Source: a virus
Taxonomy: Duplodnaviria; Caudoviricetes
Direction: 5' to 3' (one strand)
Virus record (IMG/VR): IMGVR_UViG_3300006115_001097
Location: 1,223-65,222 of that record
Length of the DNA: 64,000 nucleotides
Position numbers and translations under genes: made by a program. Positions within the stretch are counted from its first letter, which is position 1. Every line of letters starts with the position of its first letter. A model generated the notes under the pieces. The model had not been told where the DNA came from, did not search any database, and saw only the letters and a list, made by a program, of their open reading frames with translations. Shown piece after piece: positions 36,750-47,031 of the stretch.

Positions 36750-37750
36750 AAACAATAATACATACCTGTAGTAGTATTCTTGTACGTCCCAACGGCATCG
36801 TGCGGTATATCAATGCAGTTTTGGATTTACAAAAAAGTATGGGTCACAAAACCATATTTGTCACTGATGCCAAACCCACACAGACTATCAATGCAGATAG
36901 CGTCATTTATTTAAATGATGCAAGTACCTATGTGCCTAACATGCGAAATGGACATGTTTGGTTGCAACCCGATGATGCAATTATCGATCAAATGCATAAA
37001 CTATATCAGCAATATCAGTTAATGGCCGATTTGGTTGTTGCACACGACTTACACAGTTATTATGCTACATCTGATAATTACGCAAATGGTGTATTTGTAC
37101 AACACGAAAGTGATGTACTTACTCCAGGCTTGCGTTATAGTTTCTTGGACGATGACTATTTGAATTTACAAAAATTAGTTGTGGCAAATACCAATTGGTG
37201 TATAGGATTAACGGTTCCAAGTACTCATGTAAAACCCAAGCGAGCTATATATACCCCTAGTCCATTTACAGTCACAGGTGCAGTCAAGAAACAAAAAAGC
37301 AAAGGCTTGTTGTACATTGGCGATGCTACAGAACGTAAGGGTGCACGAGAGTTTATGGCAATGGCACGTCAATTAGGTGAAACCCCAACAGTTATAACAC
37401 ACGAGCTTGATGCAGAAATATTTGCCGGAGCAGATGTGTACTCATTTGGATTAACAGAACAAAAGGCCATGTATCAGTTAATGAGCGAACACCGTGTGGC
37501 ATATATTCCCAGTCGAAATGAATGCCCAGGTCTGGCAGTACTAGAATGTTTGCAATTTATGCCAGTGGTGCTTAATGGTGCGTATGCTTGGAGCGAGTAT
37601 CACAAATATACAGGTGCGTTAATATGTACAGGCAAGAGTATATACAATACACTAGCTGATCATTTAAATAATGATATCCCATATGATAGAAAAATGCTTG
37701 ACGCATACAGTCTAAACAGTATACAATACTGGAAGAACCTAAGCACATGA
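36746..37750 (+). CDS. GT-B (GT4-like) glycosyltransferase
   Basis: GIVRYI, LLYIGD...RKG, IPSRNECPGLAVLECL. Confidence 0.7.
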   Translation: MKTIIHTCSSILVRPNGIVRYINAVLDLQKSMGHKTIFVTDAKPTQTINADSVIYLNDASTYVPNMRNGHVWLQPDDAIIDQMHKLYQQYQLMADLVVAHDLHSYYATSDNYANGVFVQHESDVLTPGLRYSFLDDDYLNLQKLVVANTNWCIGLTVPSTHVKPKRAIYTPSPFTVTGAVKKQKSKGLLYIGDATERKGAREFMAMARQLGETPTVITHELDAEIFAGADVYSFGLTEQKAMYQLMSEHRVAYIPSRNECPGLAVLECLQFMPVVLNGAYAWSEYHKYTGALICTGKSIYNTLADHLNNDIPYDRKMLDAYSLNSIQYWKNLST

Positions 37751-38040
37751 CATTTTTAAAAAACATAACCCAATATATCAAAACTGATTGGCAGAGCAAT
37801 CCACTTCGTTTCTGTGCCGAGGCATTTGCTTGGTTCTGTAGCGTGGTTAGTGCTATAATGTTTGCAGTGACTGCTCCTGATATTCCTATCATACCATTGT
37901 ATGTTATTTTTATCAGTGGATGTTGTGCTAGTGCCTGGAGTTGTTATACTCGTGGCAGTTTTGGCCTAATGGCTAATGCAGTATTTTTGGTTACAATTGA
38001 TAGCATGGGACTTATCAGAATGATAAGTAAAAATATATAG
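37747..38040 (+). CDS. Small membrane protein
   Basis: Three hydrophobic segments. Confidence 0.7.
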   Translation: MTFLKNITQYIKTDWQSNPLRFCAEAFAWFCSVVSAIMFAVTAPDIPIIPLYVIFISGCCASAWSCYTRGSFGLMANAVFLVTIDSMGLIRMISKNI

Positions 38041-38044
38041 AGTC

Positions 38045-38096
38045 GTTGGCTATACCAACATGCAGAGTATGTGTAAGCTCAAAATTACATAAGGAG
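38045..38096 (+). promoter_or_regulatory. Hairpin plus H-type pseudoknot abutting the DNA polymerase RBS
   Basis: GTTGG/CCAAC hairpin; S1 GAGT/GCTC, S2 TGTGTAA/TTACATA, then AAGGAG. Confidence 0.55.
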
Positions 38097-38100
38097 AAAT

Positions 38101-40764
38101 ATGAGTTACGTTGACGCTCTTTTTGACAGGGCAAAAGATAGAATACACGTTGTCGAACGTGTAGATGGGGCAAGAGTCTATAAAGAATATCCTGCAGAGT
38201 ATATTTTTTACTACGACGATCCCAAGGGCAAACACCGCACAATATTTGATACTCCGGTTAGTAGATTCCATACTAGAAACAGTAAAGAGTATCACAAAGA
38301 ACTAAAAATAAATTCAGGCAAACGTTTATGGGAAAGTGATATCAATCCTATATTTCGTTGTCTTGAAAGCAATTATTTAGGCGCTACATCGCCAAAATTA
38401 CAAACTGCATTTTTTGACATTGAGGTAGATTTTGATCCAGAAAAAGGATACGCACCCACCAATGATCCTTTTAATAAAATTACTGCCTTTTCTGTTTACT
38501 TAGATTGGCTAGACAAATTAGTTACACTGGTAGTGCCACCAAAGTCAATTAGTTGGGAAAGCGCAGAAGAAATTTGCACACGATTTGATAACTGTTTTCT
38601 TTTTGAACGTGAAGAAGACATGATTAATACTTTCCTGGATCTAATACAGGATGCAGATATACTAAGTGGTTGGAACAGTGAAGGCTTTGATATTCCCTAT
38701 ACTGTAGGGCGCACAGTACGAGCATTGAGTCGAGACGACTTAAGGCGCTTTTGTTTATGGAATCAAATGCCCAAGGAGCGTGAGTTTGAGCGTTTTGGCG
38801 CAAAAAATATCACATTTGACTTGATTGGTAGAGTGCATATGGACTATATGCAACTGTACCGCAAATACACATACGAGGAAAGGCACAGTTATAGCTTGGA
38901 TGCTATTGCCGAATACGAACTAGGCGAAAGTAAGACGCCTTATGAAGGAACACTGGATCAGTTATACAATAAAGACTTTCCCAAGTTTATTGAATATAAC
39001 CGACAGGATACAATGCTGATTGCAAAGTTTGACAAGAAGCTACGCTTTTTAGATCTTGCAAACGAATTGGCACATGATAACACAGTATTGCTTGCCACTA
39101 CAATGGGTGCAGTGGCAGTAACCGAGCAGGCAATTATCAATGATGCTCATCAACGTGGTATGGTAGTTCCTAACAGAAAGGGTCGTGATGATACAGAACA
39201 AACGCAAGCCGCAGGTGCCTATGTTGCTTACCCCAAAAGAGGTATGCACAAAGACATTGGCGCCATCGACATCAATTCGCTCTACCCCTCGGCTATTAGA
39301 GCGCTCAACATGGGCCCAGAAACAATCATTGGGCAGTTAAGGCCTATAATGACTGATCTCTACATCTCGAAAAAGATGAGCGAGAACGGAGGCAATTTTG
39401 CTGATGCATGGGAGGGACTGTTTGGCAGTTTAGAATATACTGCGGTCATGGCTGGCGAAATTGGAACTGAGATTACCATAGACTGGGAAGATGGCAGGGA
39501 ATCGGTACACAGTGCCAAGCAAGTTTGGGACATTGTTTTTAACGGTAATCAGCCCTGGACCTTAAGTGCCAATGGTACCATATTCAAGTATGACCGTAAA
39601 GGTATTATACCAGCGTTGCTAGAACGCTGGTATGCCGAACGTAAAGAAATGCAAAAGAAACTTAAGGAGGCAGAAACAGATGAAGACAAAGCATATTGGG
39701 ATAAGCGACAATTGGTTAAGAAAATTAATCTTAATAGTTTATATGGTGCTTTACTCAACCCTGGTTGTCGTTTTTTTGACAAGCGTATTGGTCAATCAAC
39801 GACACTTACCGGACGCGGAATTGCACACCACATGGATGGCCATGTCAATGAAGCAATAACTGGCCGGTACGATCACGTGGGCGAGGCAATCATATACGGC
39901 GATACCGACTCAGTGTACTTTTCGGCCTGGCCCATGGTGCGTGAAGATGTTGAAGCTGGACGCATGGAATGGAACAAAAACATTTGTATACAGTTATATG
40001 ATACTATTGCTGATAGTGTAAATGAATCGTTCCCGGCATTCATGGAACGTGCATTTCACTGTCCCCGAGAAATGGGTGCCATTATCAAGGGCGGTCGAGA
40101 ACTTGTGGCATCAAAAGGCTTGTTTATTAAAAAGAAACGCTATGCAGTTCTTATTGTGGACAAAGAAGGAAAACGATTAGACACACATGGTAGCCCAGGT
40201 AAGGTCAAAGCCATGGGGCTAGACTTAAAGCGAAGTGACACTCCCAAGGTGGTGCAAGACTTTCTCAGCGAGATATTGATGGATGTGCTGACAGGAGCCG
40301 AGCGAGAAGCCATTATTGAAAAGGTCAAAGAGTTTAAAATTCTGTTTAAAGAGCGTCCGGCTTGGGAAAAGGGCACACCCAAACGTGTGAACAATTTGAC
40401 CAAGTACACCGCTGAGGAAGCACGGTTGGGCAAAGCCAACATGCCAGGCCATGTGCGAGCTGCTATGAACTGGAACAATCTAAAACGTATGCATGGTGAT
40501 CAGTACAGTACTGCTATCATAGATGGCATGAAGACCATTGTGTGTAAACTCAAAGACAATCCTTTAGGTTATACCTCGGTTGGCTATCCCACTGACGTGT
40601 TGCACATACCGCAGTGGTTCAAGGACTTGCCGTTTGACAACGGTGCTATGGAAGGTACCATTGTGGACCAAAAAGTAGAAAACTTATTGGGCGTATTAGA
40701 CTGGGACATAACTAAAAATACCGATATCAGCAGCACATTTGACAGCTTGTTTAGTTGGGAGTAA
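38101..40764 (+). CDS. polB: Family B DNA polymerase (gp43-like)
   Basis: FFDIEV, WNSEGFD, YNRQD, DINSLYPS, KINLNSLYG, YGDTDS; no intein. Confidence 0.97.
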   Translation: MSYVDALFDRAKDRIHVVERVDGARVYKEYPAEYIFYYDDPKGKHRTIFDTPVSRFHTRNSKEYHKELKINSGKRLWESDINPIFRCLESNYLGATSPKLQTAFFDIEVDFDPEKGYAPTNDPFNKITAFSVYLDWLDKLVTLVVPPKSISWESAEEICTRFDNCFLFEREEDMINTFLDLIQDADILSGWNSEGFDIPYTVGRTVRALSRDDLRRFCLWNQMPKEREFERFGAKNITFDLIGRVHMDYMQLYRKYTYEERHSYSLDAIAEYELGESKTPYEGTLDQLYNKDFPKFIEYNRQDTMLIAKFDKKLRFLDLANELAHDNTVLLATTMGAVAVTEQAIINDAHQRGMVVPNRKGRDDTEQTQAAGAYVAYPKRGMHKDIGAIDINSLYPSAIRALNMGPETIIGQLRPIMTDLYISKKMSENGGNFADAWEGLFGSLEYTAVMAGEIGTEITIDWEDGRESVHSAKQVWDIVFNGNQPWTLSANGTIFKYDRKGIIPALLERWYAERKEMQKKLKEAETDEDKAYWDKRQLVKKINLNSLYGALLNPGCRFFDKRIGQSTTLTGRGIAHHMDGHVNEAITGRYDHVGEAIIYGDTDSVYFSAWPMVREDVEAGRMEWNKNICIQLYDTIADSVNESFPAFMERAFHCPREMGAIIKGGRELVASKGLFIKKKRYAVLIVDKEGKRLDTHGSPGKVKAMGLDLKRSDTPKVVQDFLSEILMDVLTGAEREAIIEKVKEFKILFKERPAWEKGTPKRVNNLTKYTAEEARLGKANMPGHVRAAMNWNNLKRMHGDQYSTAIIDGMKTIVCKLKDNPLGYTSVGYPTDVLHIPQWFKDLPFDNGAMEGTIVDQKVENLLGVLDWDITKNTDISSTFDSLFSWE

Positions 40765-40766
40765 TT

Positions 40767-41705
40767 ATGTCATTGCATAACTTGGTCTCACTGAAACATG
40801 CATTAAATAAACAATTGGATGTTGTTCATGTAGTCTCTGCGATTGGAGCATTAAAAACACAAATTAATAGTGTTAAGTTTCAAGTGCCAGAAATTAGTGA
40901 TGAGTATATGGCACAACTAGATGATTTGATCCAACAGTATGACCAGTTACTGGAACAGGCCAAACAACCAGTTATTAATGGAAAATTAATAATCAATCAA
41001 CTTGATAGTGAGATCACTGAGATTGCACATAAATTATTTTATAACAATTATGATCTTGAGGAGAGACTTGGTGGACTTGAGTATGTTAGGAATAGCCGCA
41101 GAATACCTTTGCGAGAAGATATTGAACAAGCAATCAAACAACGAATACTACTACACACCAATTGGCGCTATCCTGCATTGGAAATAGGATGCAGGGATGG
41201 CGAGTGGACACAATTTTTAGTTGCTTCTGATCCGCTATACATAATGGATCAGTTTCCTGAATTCTTAGAAAGTACAAACAGTAAATTTCCAGGACAATAC
41301 CAAAATAGACTTAGAAAATATCCGCTAAAGAATCATGACCTCGGCGCATTGCCACAAAATCAATTTGGATTTGTGTTTAGTTGGGGACATTTTAATTATG
41401 TTAGCCTAGATACTATAACGCAGGTGCTAAAACAATTGACTACCGTACTACGTCCAGGTGGGGTGTTTATGTTTAGTTACAATGATGGAGACACTCCTGC
41501 AGGTGCTGGTATGGCAGAAAACTTTGCTCAAACTTATATTCCTAAAAGTCTACTGGTTCCCACTTGTTTGAGCATGGGATATGAGATTACAAAAGAAGTT
41601 TTCTTTGAGCCTAATGTAAGTTGGCTTGAAGTTAAGCGTCCCGGTGTATTACATACTGTTAAAGCGCACCAAGCAATGGGCAAGATCACTGCTAGAACAG
41701 ACTAA
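40767..41705 (+). CDS. SAM-dependent methyltransferase with an N-terminal coiled coil
   Basis: ALEIGCRDG, FGFVFSW, LRPGGVFMFSY. Confidence 0.75.
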   Translation: MSLHNLVSLKHALNKQLDVVHVVSAIGALKTQINSVKFQVPEISDEYMAQLDDLIQQYDQLLEQAKQPVINGKLIINQLDSEITEIAHKLFYNNYDLEERLGGLEYVRNSRRIPLREDIEQAIKQRILLHTNWRYPALEIGCRDGEWTQFLVASDPLYIMDQFPEFLESTNSKFPGQYQNRLRKYPLKNHDLGALPQNQFGFVFSWGHFNYVSLDTITQVLKQLTTVLRPGGVFMFSYNDGDTPAGAGMAENFAQTYIPKSLLVPTCLSMGYEITKEVFFEPNVSWLEVKRPGVLHTVKAHQAMGKITARTD

Positions 41706-42706
41706 TGCAATATAATCCCATTATATTTGCAAACTATCCACGTGGTCGAGATTGGCCAACGCCTATCAATAACCATTGTGACCAACCTTTTAAAACACTA
41801 AATGTGGATTTAAATGGCGATTGTTATTTGTGTATGTGTGAAGCGCATTTGCCCATAAGTGTTGGCAATATACTAGAGTTTACTAACTTAAAAGACATAT
41901 GGCTCAATCCCGTTGCCAAACAATTGCAATCAACTATTACCAATCGCACGTTTGATTATTGTGCTGTACAACATTGTGGTGTGATAAATCAAAGTATTGT
42001 TATGCCCACATACCATGTTGGCTTTAACATTGATGAAAGTTGTAACCTTGCTTGTCCTAGTTGCAGGCGTAGTGCTATTAATCATACAAGTGGTGCTATA
42101 TATGAGCAACGTCTTACACAGGTTAATCATTTTGTTAATCTTATTGACCAATTTGAAGAGCCTATACGCATAACAATGAGTGGCAATGGAGATCCACTAG
42201 CCAGTATGATAATGCGTCCGCTTGTGTTAAACTGGCAACCCAAGCCAAATCAAAGCATTAAGTTACATACAAATGGTTTATTAATGCAAAAATTGTTACC
42301 GCAGGCGCCAATACTGCCACACATTACTGAATTTCATATTAGTATAGATGCTGGATCACCCGACGTGTATCAAAAGGTTAGGGCCCCGGGTAAATTTGAT
42401 ATACTAGAACAAAATCTCTCTTGGTTAAAGGATAACCGCGGTACTGCAACTGTTACCTTGTTGTTTGTTGTATCATCTTTTAACGTCAATGACATTGTAA
42501 ACTTTGCCAATTTATGTAGCCGTTATGGCTTTAGGGGCGAGTATACCAAATTAGACAACTGGGGCACATTTGATAACTTTAATCTACACGACGTTTCGCA
42601 ACCAGATCATCCACTGCACTCAGTCATGCTTGAACAATTGGCCCAAGTGGCTAACCAACCCAACATAATTATTCAAAATATTTTAAAAAGTAAACAAATA
42701 CATTGA
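41705..42706 (+). CDS. Radical SAM protein with an N-terminal SPASM/twitch-like domain
   Basis: CNLACPSC, SGNGDP, LHTNG, SIDAG. Confidence 0.85.
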   Translation: MQYNPIIFANYPRGRDWPTPINNHCDQPFKTLNVDLNGDCYLCMCEAHLPISVGNILEFTNLKDIWLNPVAKQLQSTITNRTFDYCAVQHCGVINQSIVMPTYHVGFNIDESCNLACPSCRRSAINHTSGAIYEQRLTQVNHFVNLIDQFEEPIRITMSGNGDPLASMIMRPLVLNWQPKPNQSIKLHTNGLLMQKLLPQAPILPHITEFHISIDAGSPDVYQKVRAPGKFDILEQNLSWLKDNRGTATVTLLFVVSSFNVNDIVNFANLCSRYGFRGEYTKLDNWGTFDNFNLHDVSQPDHPLHSVMLEQLAQVANQPNIIIQNILKSKQIH

Positions 42707-42731
42707 CAGGTCTAAATATATTTGTTATAAT
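42703..42731 (+). promoter_or_regulatory. Sigma70 promoter with a nested late promoter (CTAAATA)
   Basis: TTGACA-17 bp-TATAAT with a TGn extension. Confidence 0.85.
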
Positions 42732-42751
42732 CAATCAACATAGGAGAAACC

Positions 42752-43489
42752 ATGCAAGACTATTTAAAAGACATAGTACAACATACTAATGGACTAGGCA
42801 ACATTGACCTAGTTAAAATTACAGGAACACAAGATGCTACACTTATTAATAGTGTAAGCGAAGATCGTAGTGTTATTTTAGAAGCTCGCTTTAAAAGCGC
42901 ACACCCAGACTTTATGGGAACATTTGGTATGCCTAATTTAGGTAAACTAAAAACTATTTTGGGCATTGAAGAATATCGAGAGAATGCCAAGATCACAATT
43001 AATACACAAAATAATAGTGCTGGCGATACAGTACCTTGTGGATTACATTTTGAAAACAAAGCTGGCGACTTTAGAAACGATTATCGTTTTATGGACGCTA
43101 ATGTTATCAATGACAAACTTAAAACAGTTAAGTTCCGCGGAGTTAAATGGGGAGTAGACTTTGAGCCAACAACAGCTGGTATTACACGTTTACGCTATCA
43201 AGCCAGTGCCAACAGTGAAGAAACAACATTTACTGCTAAAACAGAAAATGGCAACTTAAAATTCTTCTTTGGTGATCCAAGTAGCCATGCAGGTAACTTT
43301 GTATTCCAAGCAGGTGTACAGGGCAACTTTACCAAAACACAATGGCATTGGCCAGTTAGTGTGGTACTTGCTATTTTAGCTCTGCCCGGAGACAAAACAT
43401 TTAAAATGAGTGACGACGGCGCAAGTAAAATCACTGTTGACAGTGGTTTAATTGAATACGACTACATTATCCCTGCACAAACCAAGTGA
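42752..43489 (+). CDS. Probable DNA polymerase sliding clamp (gp45-like)
   Basis: 245 aa with an alternating beta/alpha clamp-like pattern, ends in Y.YIIPA; near polB. Confidence 0.55.
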   Translation: MQDYLKDIVQHTNGLGNIDLVKITGTQDATLINSVSEDRSVILEARFKSAHPDFMGTFGMPNLGKLKTILGIEEYRENAKITINTQNNSAGDTVPCGLHFENKAGDFRNDYRFMDANVINDKLKTVKFRGVKWGVDFEPTTAGITRLRYQASANSEETTFTAKTENGNLKFFFGDPSSHAGNFVFQAGVQGNFTKTQWHWPVSVVLAILALPGDKTFKMSDDGASKITVDSGLIEYDYIIPAQTK

Positions 43490-44112
43490 TAGTAGACGCT
43501 GGCTTCTTAACTGAGTGGAAGAATACTGGTCATCGTTATGGCGAGTGCATGAGCACTGCCGACAGTGATCTCATGTATGTGTATATTCCCAAGAATGCCA
43601 GCTCATGGACCAAACCCAATTTACAAGATTGGGGTTGGGAATTTTACAACTATCATACTGATGCACTTGACAAGCATGCCATTGTTGCGCTACGTGATCC
43701 TGTGGATCGGTGGCTAAGTGGCATTGCCGAGTGTATGTTTTTATATCATCCCACATTTGAATTCCATGATCGAGAAACTGTTGATCTAGTATTTGATAGA
43801 GTAGTATTTGACGACCACACAGAAAAACAAGTAAAATTCCTACATGGACTTGATACTGATCGTTGTACGTTTTTATTATGTGACCAAAATTATTCCAAAA
43901 ACTTTGCCAATTTAATTGCCGAGTACTATGGTGCTAATCGATATGCCACATATGAGCCGCAGCATGTAAGCGAGCGCAGTCCCGAGCGTAAACGGTTTAA
44001 AGAAATATTTTGGCACTATCTCAGCGAATCTAAATACCTACAACAAATACAAAATTACTTTGAAGAAGATTATAAATTAATAAACTCTGTACAATTTTAT
44101 GGCGCAAGATAA
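43486..44112 (+). CDS. Sulfotransferase-family-2-like protein
   Basis: YVYIPKNASSW, LRDPVDRW.SG, HTEKQ. Confidence 0.6.
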   Translation: MIVDAGFLTEWKNTGHRYGECMSTADSDLMYVYIPKNASSWTKPNLQDWGWEFYNYHTDALDKHAIVALRDPVDRWLSGIAECMFLYHPTFEFHDRETVDLVFDRVVFDDHTEKQVKFLHGLDTDRCTFLLCDQNYSKNFANLIAEYYGANRYATYEPQHVSERSPERKRFKEIFWHYLSESKYLQQIQNYFEEDYKLINSVQFYGAR

Positions 44113-45616
44113 CTTAACACAAAAACAACTAGACTACGCAGTCTTTTTGCCGGCTATTAGTGGCTTTTATGCTACGTTTGTTGGCAAACAAAGATTTGAA
44201 GAATATGTAGCACCTACTCGCTTCCCACAAGGTATGACAGACATGGAACAGTTAAATTGGCTCAACAGTCAAAAAGCACTGTTTCCATATAAATGGAGTT
44301 TGCAATCAGGTGGACATGCCAATTTAGACTTGACTAAAACAGTTGCAAGTGAAGACATGGTACGTACACGTGAGACAGGAACTACTATACTAGGCGACTC
44401 AGGTGGATTCCAAATTGCCAAAGGCTTATGGGAAGGCGACTGGAAGGCCAATAGTGGTTGTCCTAAAGCGCAAGCCAAACGTGAAGCAGTACTAAAATGG
44501 TTAGATGGTGTTGCTGACTATGCCATGACACTGGATATTCCCACTTGGATTGTTAACAATCCCGAAGCAGGAGCCAAGGTTGGCATTACTGGGCATGAAG
44601 ATGCTATTGCTGCTACACACTACAACAATGAGTACTTTATCAAACACCGTAAAGGCATTGACGCTGGCGGTACTAAAATACTAAACGTCTTGCAAGGTGC
44701 TAGTCATGATGATGCAGATGAGTGGTATGAGTTAATGAAAGGATACTGTGATCCTAAACGGTATCCTGGTAGACATTTTAATGGCTGGGCTATGGGCGGA
44801 CAGAACATGTGTGATGTACACCTAATACTCAAACGTCTAATAGCATTAAAGTACGATGGCTTGTTACAAGAAGGTGTACATGATTGGATGCACTTCTTGG
44901 GCACAAGTAAACTAGAATGGGCAGTACTGCTTACTGTTATTCAACGCAATGTTCGCAAGTACGCAAACCCTGCTTTTACTATTAGTTTTGATTGTGCAAG
45001 TCCATTCCTTGCAACTGCCAATGGACAAGTCTATTACGAAAACACATTTCCCTTAGATGGTAAGTGGAGTTATAAAATGCAAGCCAGTGCAGATGATAAA
45101 AAATATGCAACCGATACTCGCAAGTTTAGTACTGCTGTAGTACAAGATGGTATATTTCCTAACTTTACTGACAGTCCCATTAGTGATTTGTTTAAGATGA
45201 AAGACATTTGCATTTACAAACCAGGCGATTTAAACAAAAATGGCAAGGAAGGCAAAAGCTCTTGGGATAGTTTTAGTTATATGTTGCTAATGAGCCATAA
45301 TGTTTGGATGCATTTGACCGCAGTCCAGGAAGCCAACAGACGTTTTGATGCTGGCGAGTACCCTGCAATGATGCGTAGACAAGTTACTGGTGAACGATTT
45401 GAAGATATTGTAGAACGTGTATTTGCAGCTCCTACTAGAGAGGCTAGTGAAAAGATAATTGACAGTTATGAAAATTACTGGACTGAGATTATTGGCGGTC
45501 GTGGACGTTTAGGCAAGAAAGCAAGACACGTAACCAATACTATATTTGACAGCTTATTTGAATATATAGAACCCACGCTTGATGAAAACAAACTAACACA
45601 ATTGGAGGAACAATGA
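44099..45616 (+). CDS. dpdA: tRNA-guanine-transglycosylase-like DNA deazapurine transglycosylase
   Basis: GDSGGFQI, MTLDIP, LQG, HFLGTS, SFDCASP; lies among folE/queD/queE. Confidence 0.8.
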   Translation: MAQDNLTQKQLDYAVFLPAISGFYATFVGKQRFEEYVAPTRFPQGMTDMEQLNWLNSQKALFPYKWSLQSGGHANLDLTKTVASEDMVRTRETGTTILGDSGGFQIAKGLWEGDWKANSGCPKAQAKREAVLKWLDGVADYAMTLDIPTWIVNNPEAGAKVGITGHEDAIAATHYNNEYFIKHRKGIDAGGTKILNVLQGASHDDADEWYELMKGYCDPKRYPGRHFNGWAMGGQNMCDVHLILKRLIALKYDGLLQEGVHDWMHFLGTSKLEWAVLLTVIQRNVRKYANPAFTISFDCASPFLATANGQVYYENTFPLDGKWSYKMQASADDKKYATDTRKFSTAVVQDGIFPNFTDSPISDLFKMKDICIYKPGDLNKNGKEGKSSWDSFSYMLLMSHNVWMHLTAVQEANRRFDAGEYPAMMRRQVTGERFEDIVERVFAAPTREASEKIIDSYENYWTEIIGGRGRLGKKARHVTNTIFDSLFEYIEPTLDENKLTQLEEQ

Positions 45617-45816
45617 CCATTGCAGGACGTATTAAACATTTAGAAAAAGAACATGCCAAATTGAACAAACAAATTGATGGCATAGAACAGAATGGTGTGT
45701 TTAGTGATGAGCACCTATCCAAATTGAAGAAGCAAAGGTTGCATGTCAAGGAAGATCTTGTTAAACTACAAGAACAATTAGCAAAAGGTGAATCTAATGA
45801 TCAGAGATGGTTTTGA
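45613..45816 (+). CDS. DUF465/YdcH-like coiled-coil protein
   Basis: L...H..L..QI...E......L..LKKQRL..K. Confidence 0.7.
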   Translation: MTIAGRIKHLEKEHAKLNKQIDGIEQNGVFSDEHLSKLKKQRLHVKEDLVKLQEQLAKGESNDQRWF

Positions 45817-46303
45817 CAACGTAAATTTCTTTTACGGTACTGAGGTAGAACATACTCCTGCACAAGGAAGAAAAACACTATTTGTAGTTGGCGTACAAAC
45901 ACAAGATGATATTGCCAGCAATTTAAAAGGCACAGAACACATTTACTTTGGCGCTAACATGAGCTTTCCTTTGTGCAAAGCCGATGACATCGGTGCTTGG
46001 AAGCCATGGGAAGATATGATTATGCCATTTTTACAAAAAGGTTATCTATGCACTCTAGACATAGATAGCACTTGTGTAGAAGGATTAGCCGAAAGTGGGC
46101 TAGTAGAGTTCAACAACTTTATCCCCATGATATCGGTTAAATTGCCTTATATTCAGTTACTTGGATATAATGCAGTACTTAAACTAGATGACAAAGACTT
46201 TGCAAAATCCAATCCCGGAGTTTGGTGTCATAGTTTACACAACCTACGTGATCGAAAAGTATTTACTGATTGGTCACAATATACAAAAGACACACCTGTA
46301 TGA
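45797..46303 (+). CDS. Hypothetical protein in the dpd locus
   Basis: GTEVEHTPA.G.KTLFVVG; coupled to the QueD-like gene downstream. Confidence 0.7.
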   Translation: MIRDGFDNVNFFYGTEVEHTPAQGRKTLFVVGVQTQDDIASNLKGTEHIYFGANMSFPLCKADDIGAWKPWEDMIMPFLQKGYLCTLDIDSTCVEGLAESGLVEFNNFIPMISVKLPYIQLLGYNAVLKLDDKDFAKSNPGVWCHSLHNLRDRKVFTDWSQYTKDTPV

Positions 46304-46743
46304 ACCAAGAACAAAGAGAAACAATAGAGCGAATTAAAAAAGCCGCTGAACGTACCATATTTGTAACGTTTCAAAAGGAAGGCATTCACTGTTATCCTGC
46401 TGCTGCAACAGACTTACAACTAGCAACAGGAGATGAATATGATGTATCATTTTTGGGTACTCCTCATCGTCATATATTCCACTTTAGGGTGGGAATTGAC
46501 GTATTCCATAACGACCGAGACATTGAGTTTATTCAATTCAAACGCTGGTTAGAAAACTTATATAAAGATAGTATATTAGCACTAGACTACAAGAGTTGCG
46601 AGATGATCGCAGATGACTTGTATTTACAAATTGCTGGACGTTATCCTAATCGTAACGTCTCAATTGAAGTATCCGAGGACGGTGAAAACGGATGCGTCAT
46701 TAACTACAACCTAACCCGTCCAAGCCAATCAATCGTTATTTAA
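46300..46743 (+). CDS. dpdL: QueD-like T-fold protein, probable DpdL (CDG decarboxylase)
   Basis: LGTPHRHIF fits LxxxHRHxF; DRDIEFI, SCEMIA; start at 46300 by ATGA overlap. Confidence 0.6.
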   Translation: MNQEQRETIERIKKAAERTIFVTFQKEGIHCYPAAATDLQLATGDEYDVSFLGTPHRHIFHFRVGIDVFHNDRDIEFIQFKRWLENLYKDSILALDYKSCEMIADDLYLQIAGRYPNRNVSIEVSEDGENGCVINYNLTRPSQSIVI

Positions 46744-46752
46744 GGAACATAT

Positions 46753-47031
46753 ATGGCAAACGAGCACCTACAAAAATATTTTAAAATGAAGGAAGAAGTT
46801 AAAAATATTTTTGAAGACTTAGAAGTTTACAAACAATTTTGTGTAGACTATGGATACGTTTTTGACGAGCGTCATCTTTACAATGAGCGTGCACCATATG
46901 GTGAGTTTATACGTTATACCAAGGGCAAGGAACCATGGGATCATTGGCGTACTCCAAATCGTGAGCGTACAAACTTTCGCCCACGTGATACTAACTCCAA
47001 TTGGCGTGTAAGGGAACAAAATCGTGACTAA
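46753..47031 (+). CDS. Hypothetical protein
   Basis: AAGGAA RBS, 92 aa. Confidence 0.7.
   Translation: MANEHLQKYFKMKEEVKNIFEDLEVYKQFCVDYGYVFDERHLYNERAPYGEFIRYTKGKEPWDHWRTPNRERTNFRPRDTNSNWRVREQNRD

Noticed and set aside
38101-40764. An intein or intron in the DNA polymerase
   Set aside because: Motifs A, B and C are contiguous at normal spacing and the 887-aa length is typical
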